NCBI RefSeq assembly: GCF_032444005.1
Contig: NC_091284.1
Span: 301,444,001 to 301,508,000, forward strand
Direction: 5' to 3'
DNA length: 64,000 nt
From: Ranitomeya imitator
Taxonomy: Eukaryota
Shown here: positions 47,001 to 59,256 of the stretch, piece after piece
How positions within the stretch are numbered: position 1 is the first letter of the stretch
How the letters are laid out: every line of letters starts with the position of its first letter
Program-made: the position numbers and the translations under genes
Notes under the pieces: generated by a model
Database searches by the model: none
Seen by the model: only the letters and a program-made list of their open reading frames with translations
Told to the model about the DNA's origin: nothing

Positions 47001-49852
47001 CCCAAAAATGAAACCTTCTGAACTCCAAAGAGACACTTTGACCCCTTCACAAACAAGGAATTCGCACAAAGGACCTGGAACACCATTCTGACCTGCTTCA
47101 CATGAGACTCCCAATCATCCGAAAAGACCAAAATGTAATCCAAATATACAATCATGAATCTATCCAGGTACTCTCAGAAGATGTCATGACTGAAACACAG
47201 ATGGAGCATTAGAAAGCCCGAATGGCATAACCAGGTACTCAAAATGGCCCTCGGGCGTATTAAATGCCGTCTTCCATTCATCACCCTGTTTAATTCGCAC
47301 AAGATTATATGCACCACGAAGATCTATCTTGGTGAACCAACTAGCCCCTTTAATCCGAGCAAATAAATTAGACAGCAGCGGCAAAGGATACTGAAATTTG
47401 ACTGTGATCTTATTAAGAAGGCGGTAATCAATACAAGGTCTCAAAGAACCATCCTTCTTGGCCACAAAAAAGAACCCTGCTCCCAATGGTGACGACGACG
47501 GACGAATATGACCCTTCTCCAAGGATTCCTTTATATAACTCCGCATAGCGGCGTGCTCTGGCACGGATAAATTAAACAGACGGCCCTTAGGAAACTTACT
47601 ACCAGGAATCAAATCAATAGCACAGTCGCAATCCCTATGAGGAGGTAGGGCCCCAGATTTGGGCTCTTCAAATACATCCCGGTAATCTGATAAAAACTCA
47701 GGGACTTCAGAAGGAGTGGAAGGTGAAATTGAGAGCAATGGAACATCACCATGTACCCCCTGACAACCCCAGCTGGACACAGACATAGATTTCCAATCCA
47801 ACACTGGATTATGGACCTGTAGCCATGGCAACCCCAAAACGACCACATCATGCAGATTATGCAACACCAAAAAGCGAATATCCTCCTGATGTGCAGGAGC
47901 CATGCACATGGTCAATTGAGTCCAGTACTGAGGCTTATTCTTGGCCAAAGGCGTAGCATCAATTCCTCTCAATGGAATAGGATACTGCAAAGGCTCCAAG
48001 AAAAAACCACAGCGCCTGGCAAACTCCAAGTCCATCAAATTCAGGGCAGCGCCTGAATCCACAAATGCCATTACAGAATAGGACGACAGAGAGCAAATCA
48101 GAGTAACGGACAAAAGAAATTTAGACTGTACCGTACCAATGATGGCAGACCTAGCGAACCGCTTAGTGCGCTTAGGACAATCGGAGATAGCATGAGTGGA
48201 TTCACCACAGTAAAAACACAGCCCATTCCGACGTCTGTGTTCTTGCCGTTCAGCTCTGGTCAAAGTCCTATCACACTGCATAGGCTCAGGCCTATGCTCA
48301 GAGAATACCGCCAGATGGTGCACAGCTTTGCGCTCACGCATGCGCCAATCGATCGGAATGGCCAAAAACATAGACTCATTCAGACCAGCAGGCGTGGGAA
48401 ATCCCACCATGGCATCCTTAAGGGCTTCAGAAAGACCCTTTCTGAAAATTACCGCCAGGGCACATTCATTCCACTGAGTAAGCACAGACCACTTTCTAAG
48501 CTTCTGACAGTACACCTCCGCTTCATCCTGACCCTGACACAAAGCCAGCAAGATTTTCTCTGCCTGATCCACTGAATTTGGTTCATCATAAAGCAATCCA
48601 AGCGCCAGAAAAAACGCATCAACATCACGCAATGCCGGATCTCCTGGCGCAAGGGAAAATGCCCAGTCTTGAGGGTCACCACGCAACAAAGAAATAAAGA
48701 TTTTTACCTGTTGAACGGGGTCACCAGAGGAGCGGGGTTTCAAAGCTAGAAACAGTTTTCAATTATTTTTGAAATTCAAGAACCTAGATCTATCCCCAGA
48801 AAATAAGTCAGGAATAGGAATTTTAGGCTCTAACATAGGATTCTGAACCACAAAATCTTGAATGTTTTTTACCCTTGCAGAGAGATGATCCATACAAGAT
48901 GACAGACCTTGAATGTCCATATCTACACCTGTGTCCTGAACCACCCAAAGGTCTATGGGAAAAGAAAGACAAAACACAGTGCAAAGAAAAAAAAATGGTC
49001 TCAGAAGTTCTCTTATTCCTCTATTGAGATGCATTAATACTTTGGGCCAGCTGTACTGTTATGACCAGGTGGTTAGGAGCACCCGGAATGACCTGATAGT
49101 TAAACCTCATACAGGATGAGCTCTGGGATGTGGGAGCTCTGCTGACCGCAAGCCCTAATCCTATCACACACACTAGAAATAGCCGTGGAGCGCTCCTGAC
49201 CAGACCTAGGCGCCTCGTCACAGCCTAAGAACTATCTAGCCCTAGAGATAGAAAAATAAGCCTACCTTGCCTCAGAGAAATTCCCCAAAGGTAAAGGAAG
49301 CCCCCCACATATATTGACTGTGAGTAAAGATGAAAGTCACAAACGCAGAAATGAAACAGGTTTCAGCAAAGGGAGGCCAGACTTACTAAATAGACAGAGG
49401 ATAGGAAAGGTAACTTTGCGATCAGCACAAAAACCTACAAAAGACCACGCAGAGTGTGCAAAAAAAGACCTCCGCACCGACTCACGGTGTGGAGGGGCCA
49501 CTCTGCATCCCAGAGCTTCCAGCTAGGAAGACAAAATCATGAAAACCAGCTGGACAAGAAAACAAAGAACAAATAATGACTATCAGGAACTTAGCTTCTG
49601 CAGGAGATGGCAGGTCACCAGAGAGATCCAGGAGCGAACTGAACCAATGCAAAATCATTGACAGCTGGCATGGAGTAACGATCTGAGAGGAGTTAAATAG
49701 AGCAGTCAACCAAAGGATAAACCATGTCACCTGTGTAAGGAACCTCAGAAGCAGCAACTTCACTCACAGCCACCAGAGGGAGCCCATAGACAGAACTCGC
49801 CGAAGTACCATTCACGACCACAGGAGGGAGTTCGACAACAGAATTTACAACA
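44075..49852 (-). mobile_element. Full-structure sushi/Tf1-type Gypsy chromovirus (frameshifted)
   Basis: LTRs 44075-44869 and 49057-49852 (TG..CA; about 16 substitutions and 1 indel by eye); PPT 44870-44894; gag CCHC, protease DSGA, RT (YLDD mutated to YLDY), RNase H, integrase and chromodomain; TSD GTAATC. Confidence 0.95.
49046..49054 (-). promoter_or_regulatory. Self-priming primer-binding site of the chromovirus
   Basis: Minus-strand ACAGCTGGC starts 2 nt after the 5' LTR and is complementary to GCCAGCTGT (49669-49661), 24 nt downstream of TATTTAA (49699-49693). Confidence 0.75.
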
Positions 49853-50801
49853 GTAATCTATCACCACCTCTTCAATGTCATGTGCACCTTCCTCTGTGTA
49901 AGGTGCTATAGCATTCTGGACGAGGCACCATAGTCTCATCAGGGTCACATTCTGGCTCTGTACACTGCGAGGGCAATGTTGTGATCTGAGTCAATGGAAC
50001 AGCATAATAATCTAGCTGTGGCTGTGCATCAGTGCATTCCATGTCCGATTGATCTTGTAATGGGCAGTTAACAATTTCCCTTTCTAACCCAGGCACGGTA
50101 TGAGAGTAGTGTATAATAGCCATGATCCGTCAAACTCAATCTGACAGGTGCCCCGCCTTTATCAAAGTGTATCAAAATGTGTAACCCCTCCCCTCCTCCT
50201 GTCAGCCAGATGTCCTTGAGGCTGTCTGATTTCCCCTTTTGATATCGTTTGATATACTTTAATTTGTTGTAGTTTTGATATTATTCCCGTATTTTGTGGA
50301 ATAACACATGTTTATAATTATAGCCTAGTCGTGTATTTATTTTACACGTGGTTTATAACACCTTTCTCATTTGTTTTATATTAGATTTTATACGTAGCCC
50401 CGAGTTTGATTCTGTAAGCTTTGTTTTATTCACAGTGTATTCATATAGTCCAGAACTTAAAGCTGTTTATATGTGTCTCTACTGAACACTAGTACTAAAT
50501 GGTGAACATTAACTAAATGTTTATTTTCACAAACAGAGAATCTGCTGTGGGTCAGCGGTTTATAACACCTAGGTCAATTGTTGTTGTATTTGCTATCCCT
50601 TCATGCTGTTTGGCGATCTTTGTGAAGCAGAACTTTGTTTTATAACACATTTGTACATGTAGATGTTATCTGTGGGGCATTGTAAGCTGTGTTTATTCAC
50701 AGTGTAGCAGATTTTCTCCTTGTGGCTGCCTTATATACACAAACAGAAGAGTTACTGGACAACTTATTTCTATATATATATTATATATATATATATATAT
50801 A

Positions 50802-52408
50802 CAGTGGGGCAAAAAAGTATTTAGTCAGTCAGCAATAGTGCAAGTTCCACCACTTAAAAAGATGAGAGGCGTCTGTAATTTACATCATAGGTAGACCTCA
50901 ACTATGGGAGACAAACTGAGAAAAAAAAAACCAGAAAATCACATTGTCTGTTTTTTTATCATTTTTTTTGCACATTATGGTGGAAAATAAGTATTTGGTC
51001 AGAAACAAACAATCAAGATTTCTGGCACTCACAGACCTGTAACTTCTTCTTTAAGAGTCTCCTCTTTCCTCCACTCATTACCTGTAGTAATGGCACCTGT
51101 TTAAACTTGTTATCAGTATAAAAAGACACCTGTGCACACCCTCAAACAGTCTGACTCCAAACTCCACTATGGTGAAGACCAAAGAGCTGTCAAAGGACAC
51201 CAGAAACAAAATTGTAGCCCTGCACCAGGCTGGGAAGACTGAATGTGCAATAGCCAACCAGCTTGGAGTGAAGAAATCAACAGTGGGAGCAATAATTAGA
51301 AAATGGAAGACATACAAGACCACTGATAATCTCCCTCGATCTGGGCCTCCACGCAAAATCCCACCCCGTGGGGTCAGAATGATCACAAGAACGGTGAGCA
51401 AAAATCCCAGAACCACGCGGGGGGACCTAGTGAATGAACTGCAGAGACCTGGGACCAATGTAACAAGGCCTACCATAAGTAACACACTATGCCACCATGG
51501 ACTCAGATCCTGCAGTGCCAAACGTGTCCCACTGCTTAAGCCAGTACATGTCCGGGCCTGTCTGAAGTTTGCTAGAGAGCATTTGGATGATCCAGAGGAG
51601 TTTTGGGAGAATGTCCTATGGTCTCATGAAACCAAACTGGAACTGTTTGGTAGAAACACAACTTGTCGTGTTTGGAGGAAAAAGAATACTGAGTTGCATC
51701 CATCAAACACCATACCTACTGTAAAGCATGGTGGTGGAAACATCATGCTTTGGGGCTGTTCCTCTGCAAAGGGGCCAGGACGACTGATCCGGGTACATGA
51801 AAGAATGAATGGGGCCATGTATCGTGAGATTTTGAGTGCAAACCTCCTTCCATCAGCAAGGGCATTGAAGATGAAACGTGGCTGGGTCTTTCAACATGAC
51901 AATGATCCAAAGCACACCGCCAGGGCAATGAAGGAGTGGCTTCGTAAGAAGCATTTCAAGGTCCTGGAGTGGCCTAGCCAGTCTCCAGATCTCAACCCTA
52001 TAGAAAACCTTTGGAGGGAGTTGAAAGTCCGTGTTGCCAAGCGAAAAGCCAAAAACAATCGCTGCTCTAGAGGAGATCTGCATGGAGGAATGGGCCAACA
52101 TACCAACAACAGTGTGTGGCAACCTTGTGAAGACTTACAGAAAAAGTTTGACCTCTGTCATTGCCAACAAAGGATATATTACAAAGTATTGAGATGAAAT
52201 TTTGTTTCTGACCAAATACTTATTTTCCACCATAATATGCAAATAAAATGTTAAAAAAACAGACAATGTGATTTTCTGGATTTTTTTTTCTCAGTTTGTC
52301 TCCCATAGTTGAGGTCTACCTATGATGTAAATTACAGACGCCTCTCATCTTTTTAAGTGGTGGAACTTGCACTATTGCTGACTGACTAAATACTTTTTTG
52401 CCCCACTG
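50802..52408 (+). mobile_element. Full-length Tc1 transposon (1607 bp) in a (TA)n tract
   Basis: CAGTGGGGCAAAAAAGTATTTAGTCAGTC TIRs of about 210 bp; TA TSD; transposase ORF 51169-52197. Confidence 0.95.
51169..52197 (+). pseudogene. Tc1 transposase, probably inactive
   Basis: First catalytic motif reads WSHETK (D to H); QHDND and NPIENLW intact; C-terminal frameshift after KAKN. Confidence 0.85.
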
Positions 52409-52847
52409 TATATATATATATATATAATATGCCCCAATGTTACAACACACGCAAGTAAGAAGCGGCGTGTTTTATACGAATATAAACCAAAGACACGATA
52501 TTGTAAAAATTAAAAAAGATTTATTTCTCACAATAAAACAACAGCTCAAATTTTAAGTTAGCTAACAGCATGATGCTGGCAAATGCATCTTTGCGGTATA
52601 CTTTTAATGTTTTTGTGTAAAATCGCGGTCAGACAGGCACGAACACACACACACACACACACACACACAACACAGAACCCACACACAACAAACACACAGA
52701 ACCCACACACACAACACATACAACACACACGAAATAGACATTTAGTTCAAGAAAAGCACATCCAGCCCATGAATGGCAGCGCTTCCCAGGACTCACATTC
52801 AAAGATGATATTTCATATTTTTTTATTTCATAACTTAAAATAGAAGA

Positions 52848-52892
52848 GATACAACGCGTTTCGGATACAGTATATATCCTTCTTCAGGTATC
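52848..52892 (-). ncRNA. Minimal type I hammerhead ribozyme with canonical core (PLE-E)
   Basis: GAUAC CUGAAGA A GGAUA-UAUACUG-UAUCC GAAA CGCG UU GUAUC; 5-bp stems I and II, ACGCGU palindrome, GUU site. Confidence 0.9.
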
Positions 52893-53126
52893 ATAAAAAC
52901 ACCGTACAAATCCTACTAGTATAAAATTCAATTACACTTATATATAGTATCACACCTTTTATCCCAGTCTCAGAAACTTGATTTGGGGTGTGGACCAAGT
53001 TCAGGAAAACACCCACTGATTGATACAGCCTTGTTAACATTGATGCAAGAAAGAGAGAGAAAAAAAAATAATAAAAATAAATAAAAAAATATATCAAAGG
53101 GAAAAAAAAAAAAAAAAAAAAATCCT

Positions 53127-55358
53127 CTAAACTCTCTCTATGATATCATTCAATCCATTTGGAAATAATGTTCCCAAACGATATATCCAAAACGTTTCTT
53201 TCCTGTTTAAAAGAGCATTCCTGTTTGCAACTCCAGAGGGTATCTGCTCCACTGGAGTTACTTTTATGTTAAAAATGTTATTATGTTTAAGTAGTAGATG
53301 CCTTGAGAGACTATGTTTTAAAAAGCCATTTTTTGCTCTATTTCTGTGGCCATTAATGCGGGACCGCAGTGTCTGTACAGTGCGTCCCACATACTGCAAA
53401 CCACAACTGCATGTGATGACATATACAACATGATCACTACTACAGGTGAGTCTTTGTGAGATTTCAAAGACATCACCAGTATTATTGCATTTAATAGTTT
53501 TAGCCCCATGATCTAGGATCCCACAGGTGCAACATTTTTTGGAGTTACATTTAAAAACTCCGGTGCCTTGAAGAACTCCACATAAAGTTTGATCCTTATT
53601 TTTATAAATGTTTTTTCTTTTTGGATCCAACTGTTTTTTTAATTTACTGGGGGCCACCAAATTTTTCAAAGTTTTACCCCTTCTATATGTAATCCCTGGT
53701 TTATCAGGGAGATGTTTTCCCAAGACAGGGTCACGCTTCAAGATGTACCAATATTTAGAAAGCACAGTTCTTATGATTTTATTGCCCCTATTGAATGTTG
53801 TCACAAAATTCAATTTCCAGCAATCATCACTTTTTTCCTTACCAGTAGTCAAAGTATCCCCCTTCCTGGTTTTTCCTTTTAAACATTCTTCCTGTGTTTT
53901 TATTTTGTTGTCCCTATATGCACCATTTATCAAATTTTTCGGGTATCTTTTTTCTTTAAATTTTCTTTTTAAAATTTTAGACTGAGCTACATAATCAGAT
54001 TCTCTCGTACAATTCTTTCTGATGCGATAAAATTGGCTGTGGGGTATATTAACCTTCCACTTCTTGTAATGTGCACTATTGAAATCTAAAAAGCCATTTG
54101 AATCCACTTTTTTGAAGTGGGATTTCGTGATGATTTTTTTACCACTATGGCTGATCTCTAAATCAAGAAATACCATTTTTTCTTTATTAATTTGTGATGT
54201 AAAGGTAATCCCCCAGGTGTTATTATTGAGCTCCTTTATGAATTGTGCTGCTTCCTCCTCTGTCCCCTTCCATATGATAATCAGATCATCTATGAAGCGC
54301 TTATAAAGCCTTATTTTGTCATAGAAAACAGGCTTAGAAAGTGACGATGAGGACTCGAATCGCCCCATGAATAAGTTTGCGAAACTTGGCGCGACCCGAG
54401 TCCCCATCGCGGTGCCGAGCAACTGTAAGTACAGTACGCCTTCAAAAATGAATACATTGTGTTCAAGAATGAATTTCAGACCCTTTAACAGAAAATCTCT
54501 TTGTTCGGGGAGCATCTCTGTCTTTGCTAAATAAAAACCCACTGCATTTACCCCCATTTCGTGATCTATGTTGGAATATAATGAATTAACATCCAATGAG
54601 ATAAAGGAATAATTATCTTCCCATTCAATATCCCTCAGCTCCTCGATTAATTGTGTGGAATCTCTCAAATATGAAGGAAGAGACTTTACTAGATCTTGTA
54701 GAAACAGGTCAATATAATGAGAAAGATGACAAGTTAAAGACCCTATTCCTGATATAATTGGTCTACCAGGTGATTTTTCACAGTTCTTATGCACTTTTGG
54801 TAGATGATAAAATAACGCCATGGTTGGTGCAGGATTTGATAAAAACCTTTTTTCTGTTTTATTGAGAATGTTCCTCTCGTAGGCTTCCTTAATCATATGG
54901 TGATAGTCCCGAACAAAGGATTGTGTAGGATCTTCTTTCAGAATTTTGTAATATCTCATATCAGACAATATGTTCAAAGCTTCCTCAATATAGTCAGATC
55001 TGTTTTGCACAACTACTCCCCCTCCTTTATCAGCTTGCCTTATTACTATGTCTGTATTTTGTCTCAAATCCTCCAATGCCATTTTCTCTCTTTTAGAGAT
55101 ATTGTTCTCCTTTTTTATCTTGTTTTTTCCAGTTCCATGCTTTTGGATTTTATGTTTATTATTATTATTTTCCCATTTCCTAAATTCTTCAGATACTAAT
55201 GAAAAAAAGGTATCTATATTTGGTCCTCGGTGTTGATGAGGATTAAATAGAGATTTTGGGTGTACCTCCTTATGGATATATTCCCTTTCTTTATTTGTCT
55301 CTATTGGGATCAGTATTTTTGGGGGATCCCCAATGTCCCCATTTTTTTCGTTCAACAA
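53127..55358 (-). CDS. PLE-E RT-thumb-GIY-YIG (743 aa open segment)
   Basis: ADKGG, LDVNSLYSNI, GTAMG, YKRFIDD, CNSKKCCTC, CSCGLQYVGRT and LGTLFPNGLN; in-frame TGA at 55398-55400 upstream. Confidence 0.95.
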   Translation of the reverse strand: MLNEKNGDIGDPPKILIPIETNKEREYIHKEVHPKSLFNPHQHRGPNIDTFFSLVSEEFRKWENNNNKHKIQKHGTGKNKIKKENNISKREKMALEDLRQNTDIVIRQADKGGGVVVQNRSDYIEEALNILSDMRYYKILKEDPTQSFVRDYHHMIKEAYERNILNKTEKRFLSNPAPTMALFYHLPKVHKNCEKSPGRPIISGIGSLTCHLSHYIDLFLQDLVKSLPSYLRDSTQLIEELRDIEWEDNYSFISLDVNSLYSNIDHEMGVNAVGFYLAKTEMLPEQRDFLLKGLKFILEHNVFIFEGVLYLQLLGTAMGTRVAPSFANLFMGRFESSSSLSKPVFYDKIRLYKRFIDDLIIIWKGTEEEAAQFIKELNNNTWGITFTSQINKEKMVFLDLEISHSGKKIITKSHFKKVDSNGFLDFNSAHYKKWKVNIPHSQFYRIRKNCTRESDYVAQSKILKRKFKEKRYPKNLINGAYRDNKIKTQEECLKGKTRKGDTLTTGKEKSDDCWKLNFVTTFNRGNKIIRTVLSKYWYILKRDPVLGKHLPDKPGITYRRGKTLKNLVAPSKLKKQLDPKRKNIYKNKDQTLCGVLQGTGVFKCNSKKCCTCGILDHGAKTIKCNNTGDVFEISQRLTCSSDHVVYVITCSCGLQYVGRTVQTLRSRINGHRNRAKNGFLKHSLSRHLLLKHNNIFNIKVTPVEQIPSGVANRNALLNRKETFWIYRLGTLFPNGLNDIIERV

Positions 55359-55573
55359 GAAATGCCTTTTAAGAGTGAGTTTACGAGTGTACGCATTTCA
55401 ATCGAGAAAAAGATCGAATGCATTCATATCTTGAGCAGGGCAGAAATTTAGTCCCCTACTTAAAATTTCCATTTCTGAGGAGGATAAAATATGGGACGAT
55501 AAATTAAATATTTTAACCAGAGGCGGATTTAGTTGTTTATAAGTTTCAGGGTTCCTTGTTTTTTTACATATTC

Positions 55574-56449
55574 TCAGATATCTATTAGATCCCTTTCCTC
55601 TTTTTCCTCTTGCTCTACTTTTCTTTTTTTGGATCTTGATATTACAGTTGGTGCGAAGTAATTTGTAATATGATTCTTTTGTATTGGACTGAAAATTTGA
55701 GCTGTTTGTGAAGAACTGATTAGTGGTGGTAAAATTATTTCTGAAACACTTGGACGTGTGGGACCTATCTCTAAAAAAGAGATGTTGGATACTACTGAAG
55801 ATGGTGATAGAGTGGGCGCTTGTAATACTGTGGTGAATGTAGATGGGGATTCTGTATGATCATGGATAGTTAGTTCATTTATATCAAATTCAACATTGGA
55901 AATTTCCAACCTGTGGGAAGCAGTAGGAATTTCCAATGGGGGAAGTCCAGGATTAGGGAGAGGTAATGTTGGAGCATTTTTCATTATAATGATCCTGGGC
56001 TCTAATGGAATGTTTTTTTCAATGGGTGGAGGTTTTTTCTTTTTTGCATTTTTATTCAATATGGTGTGAATGTTCTCGGGGGTAGACGTATTTAGAGGTA
56101 ATTTAATTTGAGATATAGTTGTTTCAATATCATGTATATTTTTTATATTTGAATTGATTATAGTCCTTGTTTGTTTTAAACCTAATTCCTGTGGGACCAG
56201 GACTTCTGTTCTTAAATTACTAGGTTTTTTCTTTGTTGGTTCATTGATACCTATCAGCTTTTTATTCCTGATTGGTTCCTTTGACATTGGTTTAGTTTTA
56301 ACAGTATCCCTACGAAAATTTTTTATTTTTACATCAACTAGATCATTTTCAAATACTTTGAGTTTCCTGGTAATGTCATCATTCACCAAATTAAAAAAAT
56401 GTAAACTTTTAAACTTTTCAAGTTCAAGTAATTTCTTTTCACAAATCAT
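55574..56449 (-). pseudogene. N-terminal part of the same PLE-E ORF (frameshifted)
   Basis: KIKNFRRD motif and low-complexity linker; the -1 frame continues to VKIFNLSSHILS..EILSRGLNFCP, which is in frame with the 743-aa ORF. Confidence 0.75.
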
Positions 56450-57396
56450 TGTGGCTTTACTGGCTAGCTCAGCTCAATTGTGCACCCTTTAAAGACTATA
56501 ATATTGTGTTTACGCACTTAGGGCGCCGCGATTTGTCTGTTCTTCTCTCCCAAACAGGGTTTTTTTGAAATAGACATTTAGGACTTATTTATGTTATTAT
56601 CTTTATGCACGTTGCCTGTGCTGTCTATAATTTGACTCTATCCTTGTTTTGTTGAAAATAACTGGACATACATAAGAAACAGGGCAATATATCTTTATAG
56701 AAATAACACTTCTGCACTCTTTGTGCATTTCTATCAGTTTTATTCATGCATTTATAACACACCATGTTTGATATTGGTAATTTGATTCTGGGAACACATT
56801 TTAAGTTACTTCTGCACATGTATTACTGTTTTTCTTGTTTTTTGTGTAAAATCTCGTTGATGGCTTACAAAGACATTTCTTTGAGAAATGTGTAGCATAA
56901 CCAATTACCTATCACGGCCACTAGATGGCAGAATATCATATTAATTATTCTGGGATAACATTTCTCTTTGTGCATTTCTATCAGTGTTATTCATGCTTTT
57001 ATAACACAACATGTTTGATATTGTTAATTTGATTCGGGGATAACACATGTTTATAAAAATAACGCTATAGCAAGTGGTAATGCCATTTTGCACTTTATTA
57101 ATATGCTGACCACATAGGTCAGGGATTTTTTGCACTTTATTAATATGCGGGCCACATAGGTCAGTGATTTTTGCACTTTATTAATATGCTGTACACATAT
57201 AGTATTTTTGATATCTCAAAAGGGTGTGACACATTCCCATATATTATTCCAGCTTTCATTAATTCTACATTATTTTAGCACATATTAATTTTACAGGTGC
57301 CTGTGCTGTCTATAATTTGACTCCTTTTTATTCAAAGACATCTAACATATACATACTTTTAATGTTTTGTGTAAAATCGCGGTCAGACAGGCACGA

Positions 57397-57428
<32 letters not shown>

Positions 57429-58825
57429 GGCGTGCAGGGTGTACATTAATATATATATCTCAGAATGCAGCTGAATAGTATTGCTAATTAGGCCATATAA
57501 ATAGAAAATTATGTAGAAACCCAAAGTTTTGATAAGTGTATGAAAATACACCAATATTAACTATTTGTGCTATTTTAGGCGTAAAATTGGCCTATATGTA
57601 TAGCAGTCAGGAGTTGGGGCGATGAAATATGTGTTACAAGCGTAGTGAATTGCAGATATATTCTACAGTGTATGTCATTTTGAGAAATGTGGGGCATAAC
57701 CAATTACCTATTACGGCCACATTTCTATGCAGTGTATTTTAGAACCACTGTTTCTGGCTGCAGACTGTAATGTGTAAGGTATTCTCATTTTTATATATTG
57801 TATTTTATAACACACCATGCCGTTTATATAATAATCACAGTTGTGTCTCTACAGGACAACGTGGCTTACAAAGACATTTCATTAATATAAGTGTGAAACT
57901 GACAGACAAGCACAGCTGTGTCTCTACAGGACATGCTGGTCACTAGACAGCCAGAGTTTCTGTGGGGGAGATATACTAACAGAGGTTCTGTTGACCCAAA
58001 AAACCGGTGTAGAACGTACACAGAGAGCAACTTACAATATTTACTAAGGTAGCGGAAATGAGTTTACTGCAGTTATCAGAGCATTGTATTTTATTTGACA
58101 GCCACAAGTCACACAGGTCATGATGATAGTGTATCTGCAGCATGTTATTTGGAAATAAAGAAGCCTTTTTTGTATTCGCCCGCATTTTATATAAAATCTG
58201 CATAAAAAAATCTTCTTGGCTACACCAAAACACGTAAGAAACAAATGTATAACTTTTAGATCTACCGCATCCACAGATATTATTTCAGCGTTCTTTAATT
58301 CTACATTATTTTAGCACATATTAATTTCACAACTTTTATATGATATTTATAACACTCATTTTATATGAGTTTTCTAACACATTCTCACGGGGATATTATA
58401 TATATATTTTGTGTTTTGCGCAATTATTTGACACTGTAATTCGCATTTTATATAAAATATGCATAAAAAAATCTTCACATTCTCACGGGAATATTATATA
58501 TATATTTTGTGCTCTGCATCATTATTTGACACTGTAATTCGCATTTTATATAAAATCTGCATAAAAAATCTTCCTGGCTGCACCAAAACACGTAAGAAAC
58601 AAATGTATAACTTTTAGCGCTGTCGCATCCGCAGATATTATTCCAGCGTTAATTCTACATTATTTTATCACATATTAATTTCACAACTTTTATATGATAT
58701 TTATAACACATTCTCATTTATAAGGGATTTATAACACAATATTGTAAAATCATTTATTGGTTCGCGGCCTTACTAATATCCTTTGAAAATAAATTCAGCA
58801 TTATTATTCCATGCTGTAACATTTC

Positions 58826-59255
58826 ACATTTCCCTGTGCCAGTCATTACACTGGCTACCCATCCACTCCAGAATCCAGTACAAAACTACTACCCTCATCC
58901 ACAAAGCACTCCATGGCTCAGCACCACCCTACATCTCCTCCCTGGTATCAGTCTACCACCCTACCCGTGCCCTCCGCTCCGCTAATGACCTCAGGTTAGC
59001 ATCCTCAATAATCAGAACCTCCCACTCCCGTCTCCAAGACTTTACACGTGCTGCGCCGATTCTTTGGAATGCACTACCTAGGTTAATACGATTAATCCCC
59101 AATCCCCACGGTTTTAAGCGTGCCCTAAAAACTCATTTGTTCAGACTGGCCTACCGCCTCAATGCATTAACCTAACGATCCCTATGTGGCCTATTTATAA
59201 TAAAAAAAAAAAAAAGGTTCCTCGCATCATGTTCTCATACACTTTATGCAGTGTA
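58826..59255 (+). mobile_element. L2 LINE 3' fragment
   Basis: SLCQSLHWLPIHSRIQYK..LWNALP..FKRALKTHLFRLAY; right boundary approximate. Confidence 0.9.
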
Positions 59256-59256
59256 T

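Larger units (their letters stand above)
39465..50101 (-). mobile_element. Large hAT transposon (BED-finger transposase), disrupted; 5' part beyond the foldback insertion
   Basis: TIR TAGGGTTGAGCGAC; fragments with BED finger (VWQFF..CNKC..HL..H), LTTDAWTS, TRWNST and hATC (SERVFSAAG) at 41134-44074, resuming at 49853; about 125-bp subterminal tandem repeats at 40240-40620. Confidence 0.85.
52746..56566 (-). mobile_element. Near-full-length Neptune-like Penelope element (PLE-E)
   Basis: 15-bp TSD GAAATAGACATTTAG at 52731-52745 and 56567-56581; empty site in the opposite foldback arm near 63662-63676; N-terminal domain, RT, GIY-YIG and HHR present. Confidence 0.95.

Noticed and set aside
55398-55400. 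In-frame TGA in PLE-E as possible selenocysteine (reported for some Naiad PLEs)
   Set aside because: Position (LFLD*NAY) is not a recognisable Cys site, no SECIS was identified, and the copy has other disabling mutations
55574-56449. Separate ORF1 or programmed -1 frameshift in PLE-E
   Set aside because: No XXXYYYZ slippery heptamer in the right phase; more simply a deletion in an A-rich run of a single ORF
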